Positions 11,088 to 25,266 of a stretch of 64,000 bases of DNA are shown piece by piece. The notes below the pieces were generated by a model. That model worked only from the letters and a program-made list of their open reading frames with translations. It was not told where the DNA came from and ran no database searches. This DNA is from Octopus sinensis. Taxonomy: Eukaryota. Position numbers and translations under genes: made by a program. Every line of letters begins with the position of its first letter. Within the stretch, counting starts at the first letter, position 1. Location of the stretch: positions 19,344,001-19,408,000 of the forward strand of contig NC_043017.1 in the NCBI RefSeq assembly GCF_006345805.1, given 5' to 3'.

Positions 11088-14000
11088 TTTTTGACTACCA
11101 TAAAAACCCATGTAATTTGTGCACCTGTGTAATTTACGGGGGTGATTTTCAGGATAAAAATTGATAAAAAAAAAAGCTTCTACTCATGTAAAATTTGCAC
11201 CCAAAAGTTTCCAGAATTGTCGATCTAGCCAGGGATAGGTTTTCAATTTAGTTGTATTTTTGACTACCATAAAAACCCATGTAATGTGTGCACCTGTGTA
11301 ATTTATGGGGGCAATTTTCAGGATAAAAATTGATAAGAAAAAAGCTTCTACTCATGTAAAATTTGCACCCAAAAGTTTCCAGAATTGCCGATCTAGCCAG
11401 GGATAGAAGGTTTTCAATTTAGTTGTATTTTTGACTACCATAAAAACCCATGTAATTTGTGCACCTCTGTAATTTATGGGGGTGATTCTCAGGATAAAAA
11501 TTGATAAAAAAAAAGCTTCTACTCGTGTAAAATTTGCACCCAAAAGTTTCCAGAATTGCCGATCTAGCCAGGGGTAGAAGGTTTTCAATTTAGTTGTATT
11601 TTTGATTAACATAAAAACCCATGTAATTTGTGCACCTGTGTAATTTATGGGGGTGATTTTCAGGATAAAAATTGATAAAAAAAAAGCCTCTACTCGTGTA
11701 AAATTTGCACACAAAAGTTTCCAGAATTGCCGATCTAGCCAGGGATAGAAGGTTTTCAATTAATTTGTTTTTTTGACTACCATAGAAATCCATGTAATTT
11801 GTGCACCTGTGTAATTTATGGGGGTGATTTTCAGGATAAAAATTGATAGAAAAAAGCTTCTCTCTGTGTAAAATTTGCACCCAAAAGTTTCCAGAACTAC
11901 CAATCTAGCCAGGGACAGAAGGTTTTCAATTTTTGTATTTTTGACTACTACCATAGAAATCCATGTAATTTGTGCACCTGTGTAATTTATGGGGGTGATT
12001 TTCAGGATAAAAATTGATAGAAAAAAGCTTCTACTCGTGTAAAATTTGCACCCAAAAGTTTCCAGAATTGCAGATCTAGCCAGGGATAGAAGGTTTTCAA
12101 TTCAGTTGTATTTTTGACTACCATAAAAACCCATGTAATTTGTGCACCTGTGTAATTTATGGGGGTGATTTTCAGGATAAAAATTGATAAGAAAAAAGCT
12201 TCTCGTGTAAAATTTGCACCCAAAAGTTTCCAGAATTGCTGATCTAGCCAGGGATAGAAGGTTCTCAATTTAGTTGTATTTTTGACTACCATAAAAACCC
12301 ACGTAATTTGTGCGCTTGTGTAATTTATGGGGGTGATTTTCAGGATAAAAATTGATAGAAAAAAGCTTCTACTCGTGTAAAATTTGCACCCAAAAGTTTC
12401 CAGAACTACCAATCTAGCCAGGGACAGAAGGTTTTCAATTAATTTGTATTTTTGACTACCATAGAAATCCATGTAATTTGTGCACCTGTGAAGTTTATGG
12501 GGGTGATTTTCAGGATAAAAATTGATAAAAAAAAAGCTTCTACTCGTGTAAAATTTGCACCCAAAAGTTTCCAGAATTGCCATCTAGCCAGGGATAGAAG
12601 GTTTTCAATTTAGTTGTATTTTTGATTAACATAAAAACCCATGTAATTTGTGCACCTGTGTAATTTATAGGGGTGATTTTCAGGATAAAAATTGATAAAA
12701 AAAAAGCCTCTACTCGTGTAAAATTTGCACCCAAAAGTTTCCAGAATTGCCAATCTAGCCAGGGATAGAAGGTTTTCAATTAATTTGTATTTTTGACTAC
12801 CATAGAAATCCATGTAATTTGTGCACCTGTGTAATTTATGGGGGTGAATTTCAGGATAAAAATTGATAGAAAAAAGCTTCTACTCGTGTAAAATTTGCAC
12901 CCAAAAGTTTCTAGAACTACCGATCTAGCCAGGGACAGAAGGTTTTCAATTAATTTGTATTTTTGACTACCATAGAAATCCATGTAATTTGTGCACCTGT
13001 GTAATTTATGGGGGTCATTTTCAGGATAAAAATTGATAACAAAAAAGCTTCTACTCGTGTAAAATTTGCACCCAAAAGTTTCCAGAATTGCTGATCTAGC
13101 CAGGGATAGAAGGTTCTCAATTTAGTTGTACTTTTGACTACCATAAAAACCCATGTAATTTGTGCACCTGTGTAATTTATGGGGGTGATTCTCAGGATAA
13201 AAATTGGTAACAAAAAAGCTTCTACTCGAGTAAAATTTGCACCCAAAAGTTTCCAGAATTGCCGATCTAGCCAGGGATAGAAGGTTTTCAATTAATTTGT
13301 ATTTTTGACTACCATAGAAATCCTTGTAATTTGTGCACCTGTGTAATTTATGGGGGTGATTTTCAGGATAAAAATTGATAGAAAAAAGCTTCTACTCGTG
13401 TAAAATTTGCACCCAAAAGTTTCCAGAACTACCAATCAAGCCAGGGACAGAAGGTTTTCAATTAATTTGTATTTTTGACTACCATAGAAATTCATGTAAT
13501 TTGCGCACCTGTGTAATTTATGGGGGTGATTTTCAGGGTAAAAATTGATAAAAAAAAAGCTTCTACTCGTGTAAAATTTGCACCCAAAAGTTTCCAGAAT
13601 TGCTGATCTAGCCAGGGATAGAAGGTTCTCAATTTAGTTGTATTTTTGACTACCATAAAAACCCATGTAATTTGTGCACCTGTGTAATTTATGGAGGTGA
13701 TTCTCAGGATAAAATTTGGTAACAAAAAAGCTTCTACTCGTGTAAAATTTGCACCCAAAAGTTTCCAGAATTGCCGATCTAGCCAGGGATAGGTTTTCAA
13801 TTTAGTTGTATTTTTGACTACCATAAAACCCATGTAATTTGTGCACCTGTGTAATTTATGGGGGTGATTTTCAGGGTAAAAATTGATACAAAAAAAGCTT
13901 CTACTCGTGTAAAATTTGCACCCAAAAGTTTCCAGAATTGCCGATCTAGCCAGGGATAGGTTTTCAATTTAGTTGTGTTTTGACTACCATAAAAACCCAT

Positions 14001-17000
14001 GTAATTTGTGCACCTGTGTAATTTATGGGGGTGATTTTCAGGATAAAAATTGATAAAAAAAAAGCCTCTACTCGTGTAAAATTTGCACCCAAAAGTTTCC
14101 AGAATTGCCAATCTAGCCAGGGATAGAAGGTTTTCAATAATTTGTATTTTTGACTACCATAGAAATCCATGTAATTTGTGCACCTGTGTAATTTATGGGG
14201 GTGATTTTCAGGATAAAAATTGATAGAAAAAAGCTTCTACTCGTGTAAAATTTGCACCCAAAAGTTTCCAGAATTGCCGATCTAGCCAGGGATAGAAGGT
14301 TTTCAATTAATTGTATTTTTGACTACCATAAAACCCATGTAATTGTGCACCTGTGTAATTTATGGGGGTGATTTTCAGGATAAAAATTGATAAAAAAAAG
14401 CTTCTACTCGTGTAAAATTTGCACCCAAAAGTTTCCAGAATTGCCGATCTAGCCAGGGATAGAAGGTTTTCAATTTAGTTGTATTTTTGACTACCATAAA
14501 AACCATGTAATTTGTGCACCTGTGTAATTTATGGGTGTGATTTCAGGATAAAAATTGATAACAAAAAAGCTTCTACTCGTGTAAAATTTGCACCAAAAGT
14601 TTCCAGAATTGCCGATCTAGCCAGGGATAGGTTTTCAATTTAGTTGTATTTTTGACTACCATAAAAACCCATGTAATTTGTGCACCTGTGTAATTTATGG
14701 GGGTGATTTTCAGGATAAAAATTGATAGAAAAAGCTTCTACTCGTGTAAATTTGCACCCAAAAGTTTCCAGAATACCGATCTAGCCAGGGACAGAAGGTT
14801 TTCAATTAATTTGTATTTTTGACTACCATAAAATCCATGTAATTTGTGCACCTGTGTAATTTATGGGGGTGATTTTCAGGATAAAAATTGATAAAAAAAA
14901 GCTTCTACTCGTGTAAAATTTGCACCCAAAAGTTTCCAGAATTGCCGATCTAGCCAGGGATAGAAGGTTTTCAATTTAGTTGTATTTTTGACTACCATAA
15001 AACCCATGTAATTTGTGCACCTGTGTAATTTATGGGGGTGATTTCAGGATAAAATTTGGTAACAAAAAAGCTTCTACTCGTGTAAAATTTGCACCCAAAA
15101 GTTTCCAGAATTGCCGATCTAGCCAGGGATAGGTTTTCAATTTAGTTGTATTTTTGACTACCATAAAACCCATGTAATTTGTGCACCTGTGTAATTTATG
15201 GGGGTGATTCTCAGGATAAAAATTGGTAACAAAAAAGCTTCTACTCGAGTAAAATTTGCACCCAAAAGTTTCCAGAATTGCCGATCTAGCCAGGGATAGG
15301 TTTTCAATTTAGTTGTATTTTTGACTACCATAAAACCCATGTAATTTGTGCACCTGTGTAATTTATGGGGGTGATTTTCAGGGTAAAAATTGATACCAAA
15401 AAAGCTTCTACTCGTGTAAAATTTGCACCCAAAATTTTCCAGAATTGCCGATCTAGCCAGGGATAGAAGGTTTTCAATTAATTTGTATTTTTGACTACCA
15501 TAGAAATCCATGTAATTTGTGCACCTGTGTAATTTATGGGGGTGATTTTCAGGATAAAAATTGATAGAAAAAAGCTTCTACTCGTGTAAAATTTGCACCC
15601 AAAAGTTTCCAGAACTTAGAATCAAGCCAGGGACAGAAGGTTTTCAATTAATTTGTATTTTTGACTACCATAGAAATCCATGTAATTTGTGCACCTGTGT
15701 AATTTATGGGGGTGATTTTCAGGGTAAAAATTGATACCAAAAAAGCTTCTACTCGTGTAAAATTTGCACCCAAAACTTTCCAGAATTGCTGATCTAGCCA
15801 GGGATAGGTTTTCAATTTAGTTGTATTTTTGACTACCATAAAACCCATGTAATTTGTGCACCTGTGTAATTTATGGGGGTGATTTTCAGGGTAAAAATTG
15901 ATAACAAAAAAGCTTCTACTCGTGTAAAATTTGCACCCAAAATTTTCCAGAATTGCCGATCTAGCCAGGGATAGGTTTTCAATTTAGTTGTGTTTGACTA
16001 CCATAAAAACCCATGTAATTTGTGCACCTGTGAAGTTTATGGGGGTGATTTTCAGGATAAAAATTGATAAGAAAAAAGCTTCTACTCGTGTAAAATTTGC
16101 ACCCAAAAGTTTCCAGAATTGCAGATCTAGCCAGGGATAGAAGGTTTTCAATTTAGTTGTGTTTTTGATTATCATAAAAACCCATGTAATTTGTGCACCT
16201 GTGTAATTTATGGGGGTGATTTTCAGGATAAAAATTGATAACAAAAAAGCCTCTACTCGTGTAAAATTTGCATCCAAAAGTTTCCAGAATTGCCAATCTA
16301 GCCAGGGATAGAAGGTTTTCAATTAATTTGTATTTTTGACTACCATAGAAATCCATGTAATTTGTGCACCTGTGTAATTTATGGGGGTGATTTTCAGGAT
16401 AAAAATTGATAGAAAAAAGCTTCTACTCGTGTAAAATTTGCACCCAAAAGTTTCTAGAACTAGAATCAAGCCAGGGACAGAAGGTTTTCAATTAATTTGT
16501 ATTTTTGACTACCATAGAAATCCATGTAATTTGTGCACCTGTGTAATTTATGGGGGTGATTTTCAGGGTAAAAATTGATACCAAAAAAGCTTCTACTCGT
16601 GTAAAATTTGCACCCAAAACTTTCCAGAATTGCTGATCTAGCCAGGGATAGGTTTTCAATTTAGTTGTATTTTTGACTACCATAAAAACCATGTAATTTG
16701 TGCACCTGTGTAATTTATGGGGGTGATTTTCAGGGTAAAAATTGATAACAAAAAAGCTTCTACTCGTGTAAAATTTGCACCCAAAAGTTTCCAGAATTGC
16801 CGATCTAGCCAGGGATAGGTTTTCAATTTAGTTGTGTTTTGACTACCATAAAAACATGTAATTTGTGCACCTGTGAAGTTGGGGGTGATTTTCAGGATAA
16901 AAATTGATAACAAAAAAGCTTCTATTGTAAAATTTGCACCCAAAAGTTTCCAGAATTGCAGATCTAGCCAGGGATAGAAGGTTTTCAATTTAGTTGTGTT

Positions 17001-19890
17001 TTTGATTATCATAAAAACCCATGTAATTTGTGCACCTGTGTATTTATGGGGGTGATTTTCAGGATAAAAATTGATAACAAAAAAGCCTCTACTCGTGTAA
17101 AATTTGCATCCAAAAGTTTCCAGAATTGCCAATCTAGCCAGGGATAGAAGGTTTTCAATTAATTTGTATTTTTGACTACCATAGAAATCCATTAATTTGT
17201 GCACCTGTGTAATTTATGGGGGTGATTTTCAGGATAAAAATTGATAGAAAAAAGCTTCTACTCGTGTAAAATTTGCACCCAAAAGTTTCTAGAACTACCG
17301 ATCTAGCCAGGGACAGAAGGTTTTCAATTAATTTGTATTTTTGACTACCATAGAAATCCATGTAATTTGTGCACCTGTGTAATTTATGGGGGTGATTCTC
17401 AGGATAAAAATTGATAAGAAAAAAGCTTCTACTCGTGTAAAATTTGCACCCAAAAGTTTCCAGAATTGCCGATCTAGCCAGGGATAGAAGGTTTTCAATT
17501 TAGTTGTATTTTTGACTACCATAGAAATCCATGTAATTGTGCACCTGTGTAATTTATGGGGGTGATTCTCAGGATAAAAATTGATAAAAAAAAAGCTTCT
17601 AGTCGTGTTAAAATTTGCACCAAAAGTTTCCAGAATTGCCGATCTAGCCAGGGATAGAAGGTTTTCAATTTAGTTGTATTTTTGATTAACATAAAAACCC
17701 ATGTAATTTGTGCACCTGTGTAATTTAAGGAGGTGATTCTCAGGATAAAATTTGGTAACAAAAAAGCTTCTACTCGTGTAAAATTTGCACCCAAAAGTTT
17801 CCAGAATTGCCGATCTAGCCAGGGATAGGTTTTCAATTTAGTTGTATTTTTGACTACCATAAAACCCATGTCATTTGTGCACCTGTGTAATTTATGGGGG
17901 TGATTTTCAGGGTAAAAATTGATAACAAAAAAGCTTCTACTCGTGTAAAATTTGCACCCAAAATTTTCCAGAATTGCCGATCTAGCCAGGGATAGGTTTT
18001 CAATTTAGTTGTATGTTTGACTACCATAAAAACCCATGTAATTTGTGCACCTGTGTAATTTATGGGGGTGATTTTCAGGATAAAAATTGATAACAAAAAA
18101 GCCTCTACTCGTGTAAAATTTGCACCCAAAAGTTTCCAGAATTGCCAATCTAGCCAGGGATAGAAGGTTTTCAATTAATTTGTATTTTTGACTACCATAG
18201 AAATCCATGTAATTTGTGCACCTGTGTAATTTATGGGGGTGATTTTCAGGATAAAAATTGATAAGAAAAAAGCTTCTACTCGTGTAAAATTTGCACCCAA
18301 AAGTTTCCAGAATTGCCGATCTAGCCAGGGATAGAAGGTTTTCAATTTAGTTGTATTTTTGACTAACATAAAAACCCATGTAATTTGTGCACCTGTGTAA
18401 TTTATGGGGGTGATTTTCGGGATAAAAATTGATAAGAAAAAAGCTTCTACTCGTGTAAAATTTGCACCCAAAAGTTTCCAGAATTGCCGATCTAGCCAGG
18501 GATAGAAGGTTTTCAATTTAGTTGTATTTTTGACTAACATAAAAACCCATGTAATTTGTGCACCTGTGTAATTTATGGGTGTGATTTTCAGGATAAAAAT
18601 TGATAACAAAAAAGCCTCTACTCGTGTAAAATTTGCACCCAAAAGTTTCCAGAATTGCCGATCTAGCCAGGGATAGGTTTTCAATTTAGTTGTATTTTTG
18701 ACTACCATAGAAATCCATGTAATTTGTGCACCTGTGTAATTTATGGGGGTGATTTTCAGGATAAAAATTGATAGAAGAAGCTTCTACTCGTGTAAAATTT
18801 GCACCCAAAAGTTTCTAGAACTACCAATCTAGCCAGGGACAGAAGGTTTTCAATTAATTTGTATTTTTGACTACCATAGAAATCCATGTAATTTGTGCAC
18901 CTGTGTAATTTATGGGGGTGATTTTCAGGATAAAAATTGATAGAAAAAAGCTTCTACTCATGTAAAATTTGCACCCAAAAGTTTCTAGAACTACCGATCT
19001 AGCCAGGAAGAGAAGGTTTTCAAGTTAGTTGTATTTTTGACTACCATAAAAACCCATGTAATTTGTGCACCTGTGTAATTTATGGGGGTGATTTTCAGGA
19101 TAAAAATTGATAAAGAAAAAGCTTCTACTTGTGTAAAATTTGCACCCCAAAGTTTCCAGAATTGCCGATCTAGCCAGGGATAGAAGGTTTTCAATTTAGT
19201 TGAATTTTTGATTAACATAAAAACCCATGTAATTTGTGCACCTGTGTAATTTATGGGGGTGATTTTCAGGATAAATATTGATAACAAAAAAGCTTCTACT
19301 CGTGTAAAATTTGCATGCAAAAGTTTCCAGAATTGCCGATCTAGCCAGGGATAGGTTTTCAATTTAGTTGTATTTTTGACTACCATAAAAACCCATGTAA
19401 TTTGTGCACCTGTGTAATTTATGGGGGTGATTTTCAGGATAAAAATTGATAACAAAAAAAGCTTCTACTCGTGTAAAATTTGCACCCAAAAGTTTCCAGA
19501 ATTACTGATCTAGCCAGGGTAGAAGGTTTTCAATTTAGTTGTACTTTTGACTACCATAAAAACCCATATAATTTGTGCACCTGTGTAAGTTATGGGGGTG
19601 ATTTTCAGGATAAAAATTGATAACAAAAAAGCTTCTACTCGTGTAAAATTTGCACCCACAAGTTTCCAGAATTACTGATCTAGCCAGGGATAGAAGGTTT
19701 TCAATTTAGTTGTATTTTTGACTACCATAAAAACCCATGTAATTTGTGCACCTGTGTAATTTATGGGGGTGATTTTCAGGATAAAAATTGATAAGAAAAA
19801 AGCTGCTACTCGTGTAAAATTTGCACCCAAAAGTTTCCAGAATTGCTGATCTAGCCAGGGATAAAAGGGTTTCAATTTTGTTGTATTTAG
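11088..19890. repeat. Tandem satellite, ~168-171-bp unit, about 52 copies, intronic
   Basis: Uninterrupted head-to-tail units tttttgactaccataaaaacccatgtaatttgtgcacc...ctagccagggatagaaggttttcaatttagttgta. Confidence 0.97.
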
Positions 19891-21202
19891 CATAATTTCA
19901 CTTATTTATGACTAGATTTTTTAAAATTTTTAATAAATAAAAATAATGTCTGTTTTACTGGTATCACAGTGAGAGCTATTAAATTACGAAGTGTATGTGT
20001 TGTTTATAATAGACTTGATTTGACATTTCTTGCCTACAAGAAATTATGACCAATACTCTCATACTCTCAAATCATGATCACAGGAAAAGTTATTGATAAT
20101 TCTCATCAGCAGAAACAAAGCTGATAAATATGCACAGGTGTTGCAAAATAAGTTTAATTACCAATAAACATCAGATTGGATGACACTTTACTCAACCGAC
20201 AGAGGAAGGTGATTGATCAAACTGATTATGTAAACAGAAGTTTGATTGGTCGAAAGTGCCTTGTCTCAAGCACTGCTTTTCTGCCTATTCTTGTCGGAAC
20301 CTTTGATACAGAGTATAGAAATTTTAATCAATTTCACTTATAAAATTTCAAGCAAACTTAAAATTTGTCATTACCATCTTAGCTGGGAGACTATACTGAT
20401 AGTTTGATAACCCGCTTAAATAAACATTAAAAATTGAAAGGAGAAAAGAAACAGTTTTGCAAATTTAACTCAGTGTTTATTGAACAAGAGAGGTGCGAAA
20501 TTTAAGAAGTAACTCCTCACATCTGTGAGAAGACAAACAAAAATAGCAAAAATCTACTATACCAAAAGAACTGGTAACACATACATTATAAGTGTTCTCT
20601 GAAGAGAACATAAGATTGCTGCATAATTCAACATAAATGTGAAATGACATTAAATATTGTATGAGGTAAATGAAGGTTTCTGTAGGAACGCTATGTGCAA
20701 GGATGAATTATGATATTGTCGTTGGCAGTGATGAATTTCATTGTCCGAATGCGGAGGAAGCGAGCAATTACTTCCTGGAGGTAAACGCAAGCTAGACTCC
20801 TTAAGCGGAGAAAAACTGATATATTTAAGGTAATTGCTGGGTTCCATAGCGATAGGTAGAAACCCCAAGCAATGTAAAATATGGCCCAGACCATGATTGC
20901 CAGCATGAATGTCAAACTTCAAAAAGTAGTTGACCATTTAATGGTTTTTGTAAATTTATACAGAAAATCTAAGTTTTATACTGTCCAGCATAAATAAAAG
21001 TCAACTTCATTATCTTTTTCTGTAAAAACCTATTCTGACATTAAATGAGTCAATTTCCCATACAAATTTTTACATCATTTTTCAACAAAGAAAATTTCTA
21101 AAAAAAATTCTGGAAACAGAATTACTTATGTAGTTTACGCACCCACTAAAATTTATTTTTGTTTTTGCGCAAAAAGTGCATAAATTACATGGATTTTTAT
21201 GG
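11098..21202 (+). mobile_element. Decayed pogo-like DNA transposon with its left end tandemly amplified
   Basis: 27-bp TIR: CCATAAAAACCCATGTAATTTGTGCAC at 11098 versus its reverse complement at 21176-21202 (2 mismatches), TA on both sides; remnant SVRRQTKIAK near 20522 resembles the end of the pogo CENP-B-type HTH. Confidence 0.7.
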
Positions 21203-23934
21203 TACATTATTTTAACTGATTACTTGACTATGATTTTTTGCTTATTAGCTTGACTATGGCCCCTCTTGCTAGCTTGAATATGTCCGCTCTTTCACTAAGA
21301 CCCTTTCAACAGCTGTTTGACGGTGACCCCTTGTCCACCAGTTTGACAACCCCTTGACCATCTGCTTAACTAGTGATCCTCAACTAGGATCTATATGGTC
21401 CTTGGAGTTCCATAGAAGATTTTGTTGTCAAGATTTATGTGCAATAAACTAGTCACATTTCTACAATACACAAAATATTCAAACATTTTTTTAAATACAA
21501 TTCCTAACAATATTCAATCATAAAAATATAATAGATTTTAGACATGAATTAGAGTCCCATATCCCGAGTTAAGATAGAACTCAAAGGAGTCCATACACAA
21601 AATATGATAGAGAACCACTGTGCTAGACTCAATTTTCTATTCTGCATTTTTGTTACCTTATTTTCAAAAGGTGGTTTAACACATCCAAGTCATCTCTTCT
21701 AAAACTTAGTGCTCCCAGTAGGTTTTACTGAAGCCTGTAAAGTTGTTGTGTCTGTATGTCTCAGAAATTCAGTCTTTAACAGTTGTTCTGAAATTTATGG
21801 TATGTTTATACTTGTTGTAGTTGATTCTTTAAAGGTGTTACATATTGTTCTTCTCTTGTAAATTTACATTTCTGGGTTAACGTTCAATGTTCATTAAGTA
21901 GCAACATTCCTTCTTAAACATTTTCTGGTTTATCCACATTGGATCTTTTCATTTTGAACAGCAGATGTCAACACAATTTCTAGTTAACTAAACACTTTTA
22001 AACTTCGTATACTGGTAGAATGTGTTTATAAAACATCATTTTTTCTTGGCTTTATTGAGAAAATTCTATATGTTATAACATATTTCCACTTTAAAATTGA
22101 GCATTTTGGCAATTTTAACCAATCGCTCACCTCCATTTGGGGTGAAAAGATTCTGTGCTGTATGAATATGTCCCTCGTTTAAGAAACAGATTGGGTTTAT
22201 TTACATTTGCGAAGGAAAAAAAAAAACCCTTTAAAGTAGGGAAAATGTGATGTCTCTGTAGAATTCAGTATTCATAATGACTATAGCATTTTTCTAATTT
22301 GCTTCTTTGGCCCTTTTCTTACTTGAATTTCGAAAATAAAGAATTTAGTATATTTGTTATCATTAATTAATCTGGTGTTTGCAACATGAATTACCATGAA
22401 ATTTTGATGAAAAGTTTTTATTTAGTTGTGTCTAGGTTTCCATTCCACTCCCTTGTGTGTGTTAATTATTTTAGCATAACGACTCTCTCCAAATACAACA
22501 AGATTTGTTTCAACATACGAATTCACATAAAGGATCTTGCAGATAAAGTTTTAATTTAGCTCATTTTAAAACTAGAGGCAGTTTCATGTCGGTTGGCATG
22601 AAAAGGATTAAACTGGCAAGTTGGTTGACAAGGAAACTGAGGTCTGGCTCAAATGTTTGCAATTCTGTAAAAGGTAGAGATGGATCAAATCAATAACTCC
22701 TATTTAACCCTTTTGTTTCAATAAATTTTTGAAAATAATGAAGAATTTAATGAAATAATTTTATTAATCTGATGTTTGGAACATAGATTAACATGATAGT
22801 TTGATGGAAAGTTTCAATTTTAATCACTAAAATAGGAAGTCTGTTTCTTGGAACCAAAAGCTGTCTCGTATAGGTTGGCATCAGAATAGTTTGATTACAA
22901 TGTTGATATTGTTTTTGAGTTCATAGCTAGTATCCCATTCCTTTCTACTGATGTGTTGGTTTTGGAACCTGGTTTATATTCACCATTCCATTATATGGGA
23001 AGGTTGATGTAATATCTACTTTGTTTAATGCTGAGTTCCTAGATTTTATTTGGTTACAATGGCTTATATTTCATACAAGAGATTCGTCTTTGTTTTCCTT
23101 GTCAAATAATTCTTCTGTCTGTTACTAGATATTTCATAATTGGTTATTGATCTGATGCTGTGATTGATTTTTAATATCCTGTTTTGTAGCTATTTTTGGT
23201 GTCCCTGAGAATAAAGACATTGTTGTCTGTCAATATATATATATATATACCTACACACATAAACTAAATGTGACTTCTTATATTTAGTTAATCCTCCTAA
23301 CCACTGAGGTGGTCCTAATAATAGTGTGCACTTATCTTTTGATTCTCTAGAGACCATGGCAAAAAAAAAAATGACATTATTCCATTCTGCTTCCCATTGT
23401 TTGGTCCCTTCACCGATGTATTAAAATTCTTCTCATGAGCACCCTTACCCTCAGTGCTACAATGTTGTGGTGAAAAATTAGCTAATTAAATCCATTTTCA
23501 TCATTAGTGATGTGATGCTTTAAATATCTTAAATATCCCTTTTTTGGGGATGCCTGGTAGTCTTGTCGATAAAGATTTAGGCAGTGAGTAGCAAAGAACA
23601 CACTGAATGTTCAGGGTTCAACACTGCCCTAGGTGTAAACTAAGATTTTTGGGTTCTTTCTTTCTGCTTCGCCAAAAGAAAATAAAAGTTACCTATCCCT
23701 TTGCCTACACATCCATCCCCACCCCCAATAGATCAATAATAAAAATAGGTTTAAATATCTCATAATTTACACACAAATTGCAACTGCTTTGGTAGTCTTG
23801 TGGGTTGAGGTGTTGATTACTACTAATTTAACACTTGGTAGAGGGTTTCAATCTCTTCCAGAATTTCCAAAGTACTTTTAATTTTTTTTTTCTACAGATT
23901 AAATTTAAAAAAAAAAAGCAAAAAGTTTCTCTTC

Positions 23935-24640
23935 TCTACGACAGTACTTGAACCCTGATGCAGGTGTTCAACACATTATGTGTCTACTACCTACACCGTT
24001 ACCCACCAGACCACTGGGTCCCCCCAATATATGTAGTTGGAAATGAGATACTTAAATCTATTTTATCAATAAGAAATAAAAAAAATAGATTTAAATATGT
24101 CATTTTCGACTACATCTATTGGGGGTACCCAGTGGTCTGGTGGGTAAAGGTGTAGGTATGAAGGCACATGGTGTGCTGGACACCTGTATCAGGGTTCAAG
24201 TACTGTCTGGAGTCTACAAAAGATTAATTTTTTTTTTTTAAATTTGTGTGTGTGTATGTGTGTTATTTAAAAAAAAAAAAAAAGAAGTCTCTCTCTCCTC
24301 TGGGCTCCCGGACGGTACTTGAACCCTGATACAGGTGTTCAACACATCATGTGTCTACTACCTACACCTTTACCCACCAGACCACCGGGTCCCCCCAATA
24401 TATGTAGTTAAAAATGAGATACTTAAATCTATTTTATCAATTATAGAAAAATAGATTTAAATATGTCATTTTCGACTACTTCTGTTGGGGGGACCTGGTG
24501 GTCTGGTGGGTAAAGGTGTAGGTAGTAGACACATGATGTGTTGAACACCTGTATCAGGGTTCAAGTACTGTCCAGGAGCCCAGAGAAGAGAGACTTTTTT
24601 ATTTTTTTTTTTAAATAACACACATACACACACACAAATT
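23935..24640. ncRNA. Cluster of tRNA-like Pol III-type units in alternating orientation (-,+,-,+)
   Basis: Units at ~23935-24025(-), 24121-24213(+), 24301-24396(-), 24487-24581(+): A-box-like tggtctggtgg, B-box-like ggttcaagtac, downstream T-run, conserved upstream tttaaata. Confidence 0.45.
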
Positions 24641-24941
24641 TCAAGAATAATCAAATTCGTTTAAGTATGTGATGATGCTTCATCAGATAGCCATATCTGC
24701 TTAAATATTTGATGAAAAATATCAATTGAAAATATTTTTAACTGCTAAGGCTTTACAAAAACGCTTTATAAGAGCAAGCTTAATCACAAATAAGTAAATA
24801 ATCTAACTGAAATTATGTAAATTCCTGAATTTAAATCTATAAATATTCCTTTCTATAACATTGGTATTGATGTAGGTAATATAAATCAATAAATTCTTTG
24901 GATATCTAATATCCCTTACCTGAATTTTACACCTAAATTGT

Positions 24942-24989
<48 letters not shown>

Positions 24990-25266
24990 CATGTGTGTGT
25001 GTGTATGTGTAAGGTGGTTGGTGTTAGGACGGGCATTCAGCTATAAAAACTGCCACAACAGATGGTGAAACTTGGTGCAGTCTTCTGTTTTCCAGACATT
25101 AAATAATGATGGTGATAATGTTCCTTTCTGCCTCTCTCCACCAAATTCACTTACAGGGCTTCAGTTTATCTCCTCAGTTGCTTACTAATTTTCTTGCCAA
25201 TTTGTTTTCCCATTAAAATTACCATTAGTATATCTAAACTTACGTCTTACGTTTTGTACCTTTCAG

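Noticed and set aside
11088-19890. CRISPR-like array or ribozyme-containing satellite
   Set aside because: No unique spacers, eukaryotic context, and no hammerhead core on either strand of the unit.
11352-19893. Many minus-strand ORFs repeating a 57-aa peptide (KTFYPWLDRQFWKLLG...)
   Set aside because: By-product of 171-bp units; 170-bp and other indel units break the frame constantly, and the unit is a transposon end.
20650-20937. Two overlapping minus-strand ORFs
   Set aside because: They lie inside the decayed transposon body; no recognisable domain.
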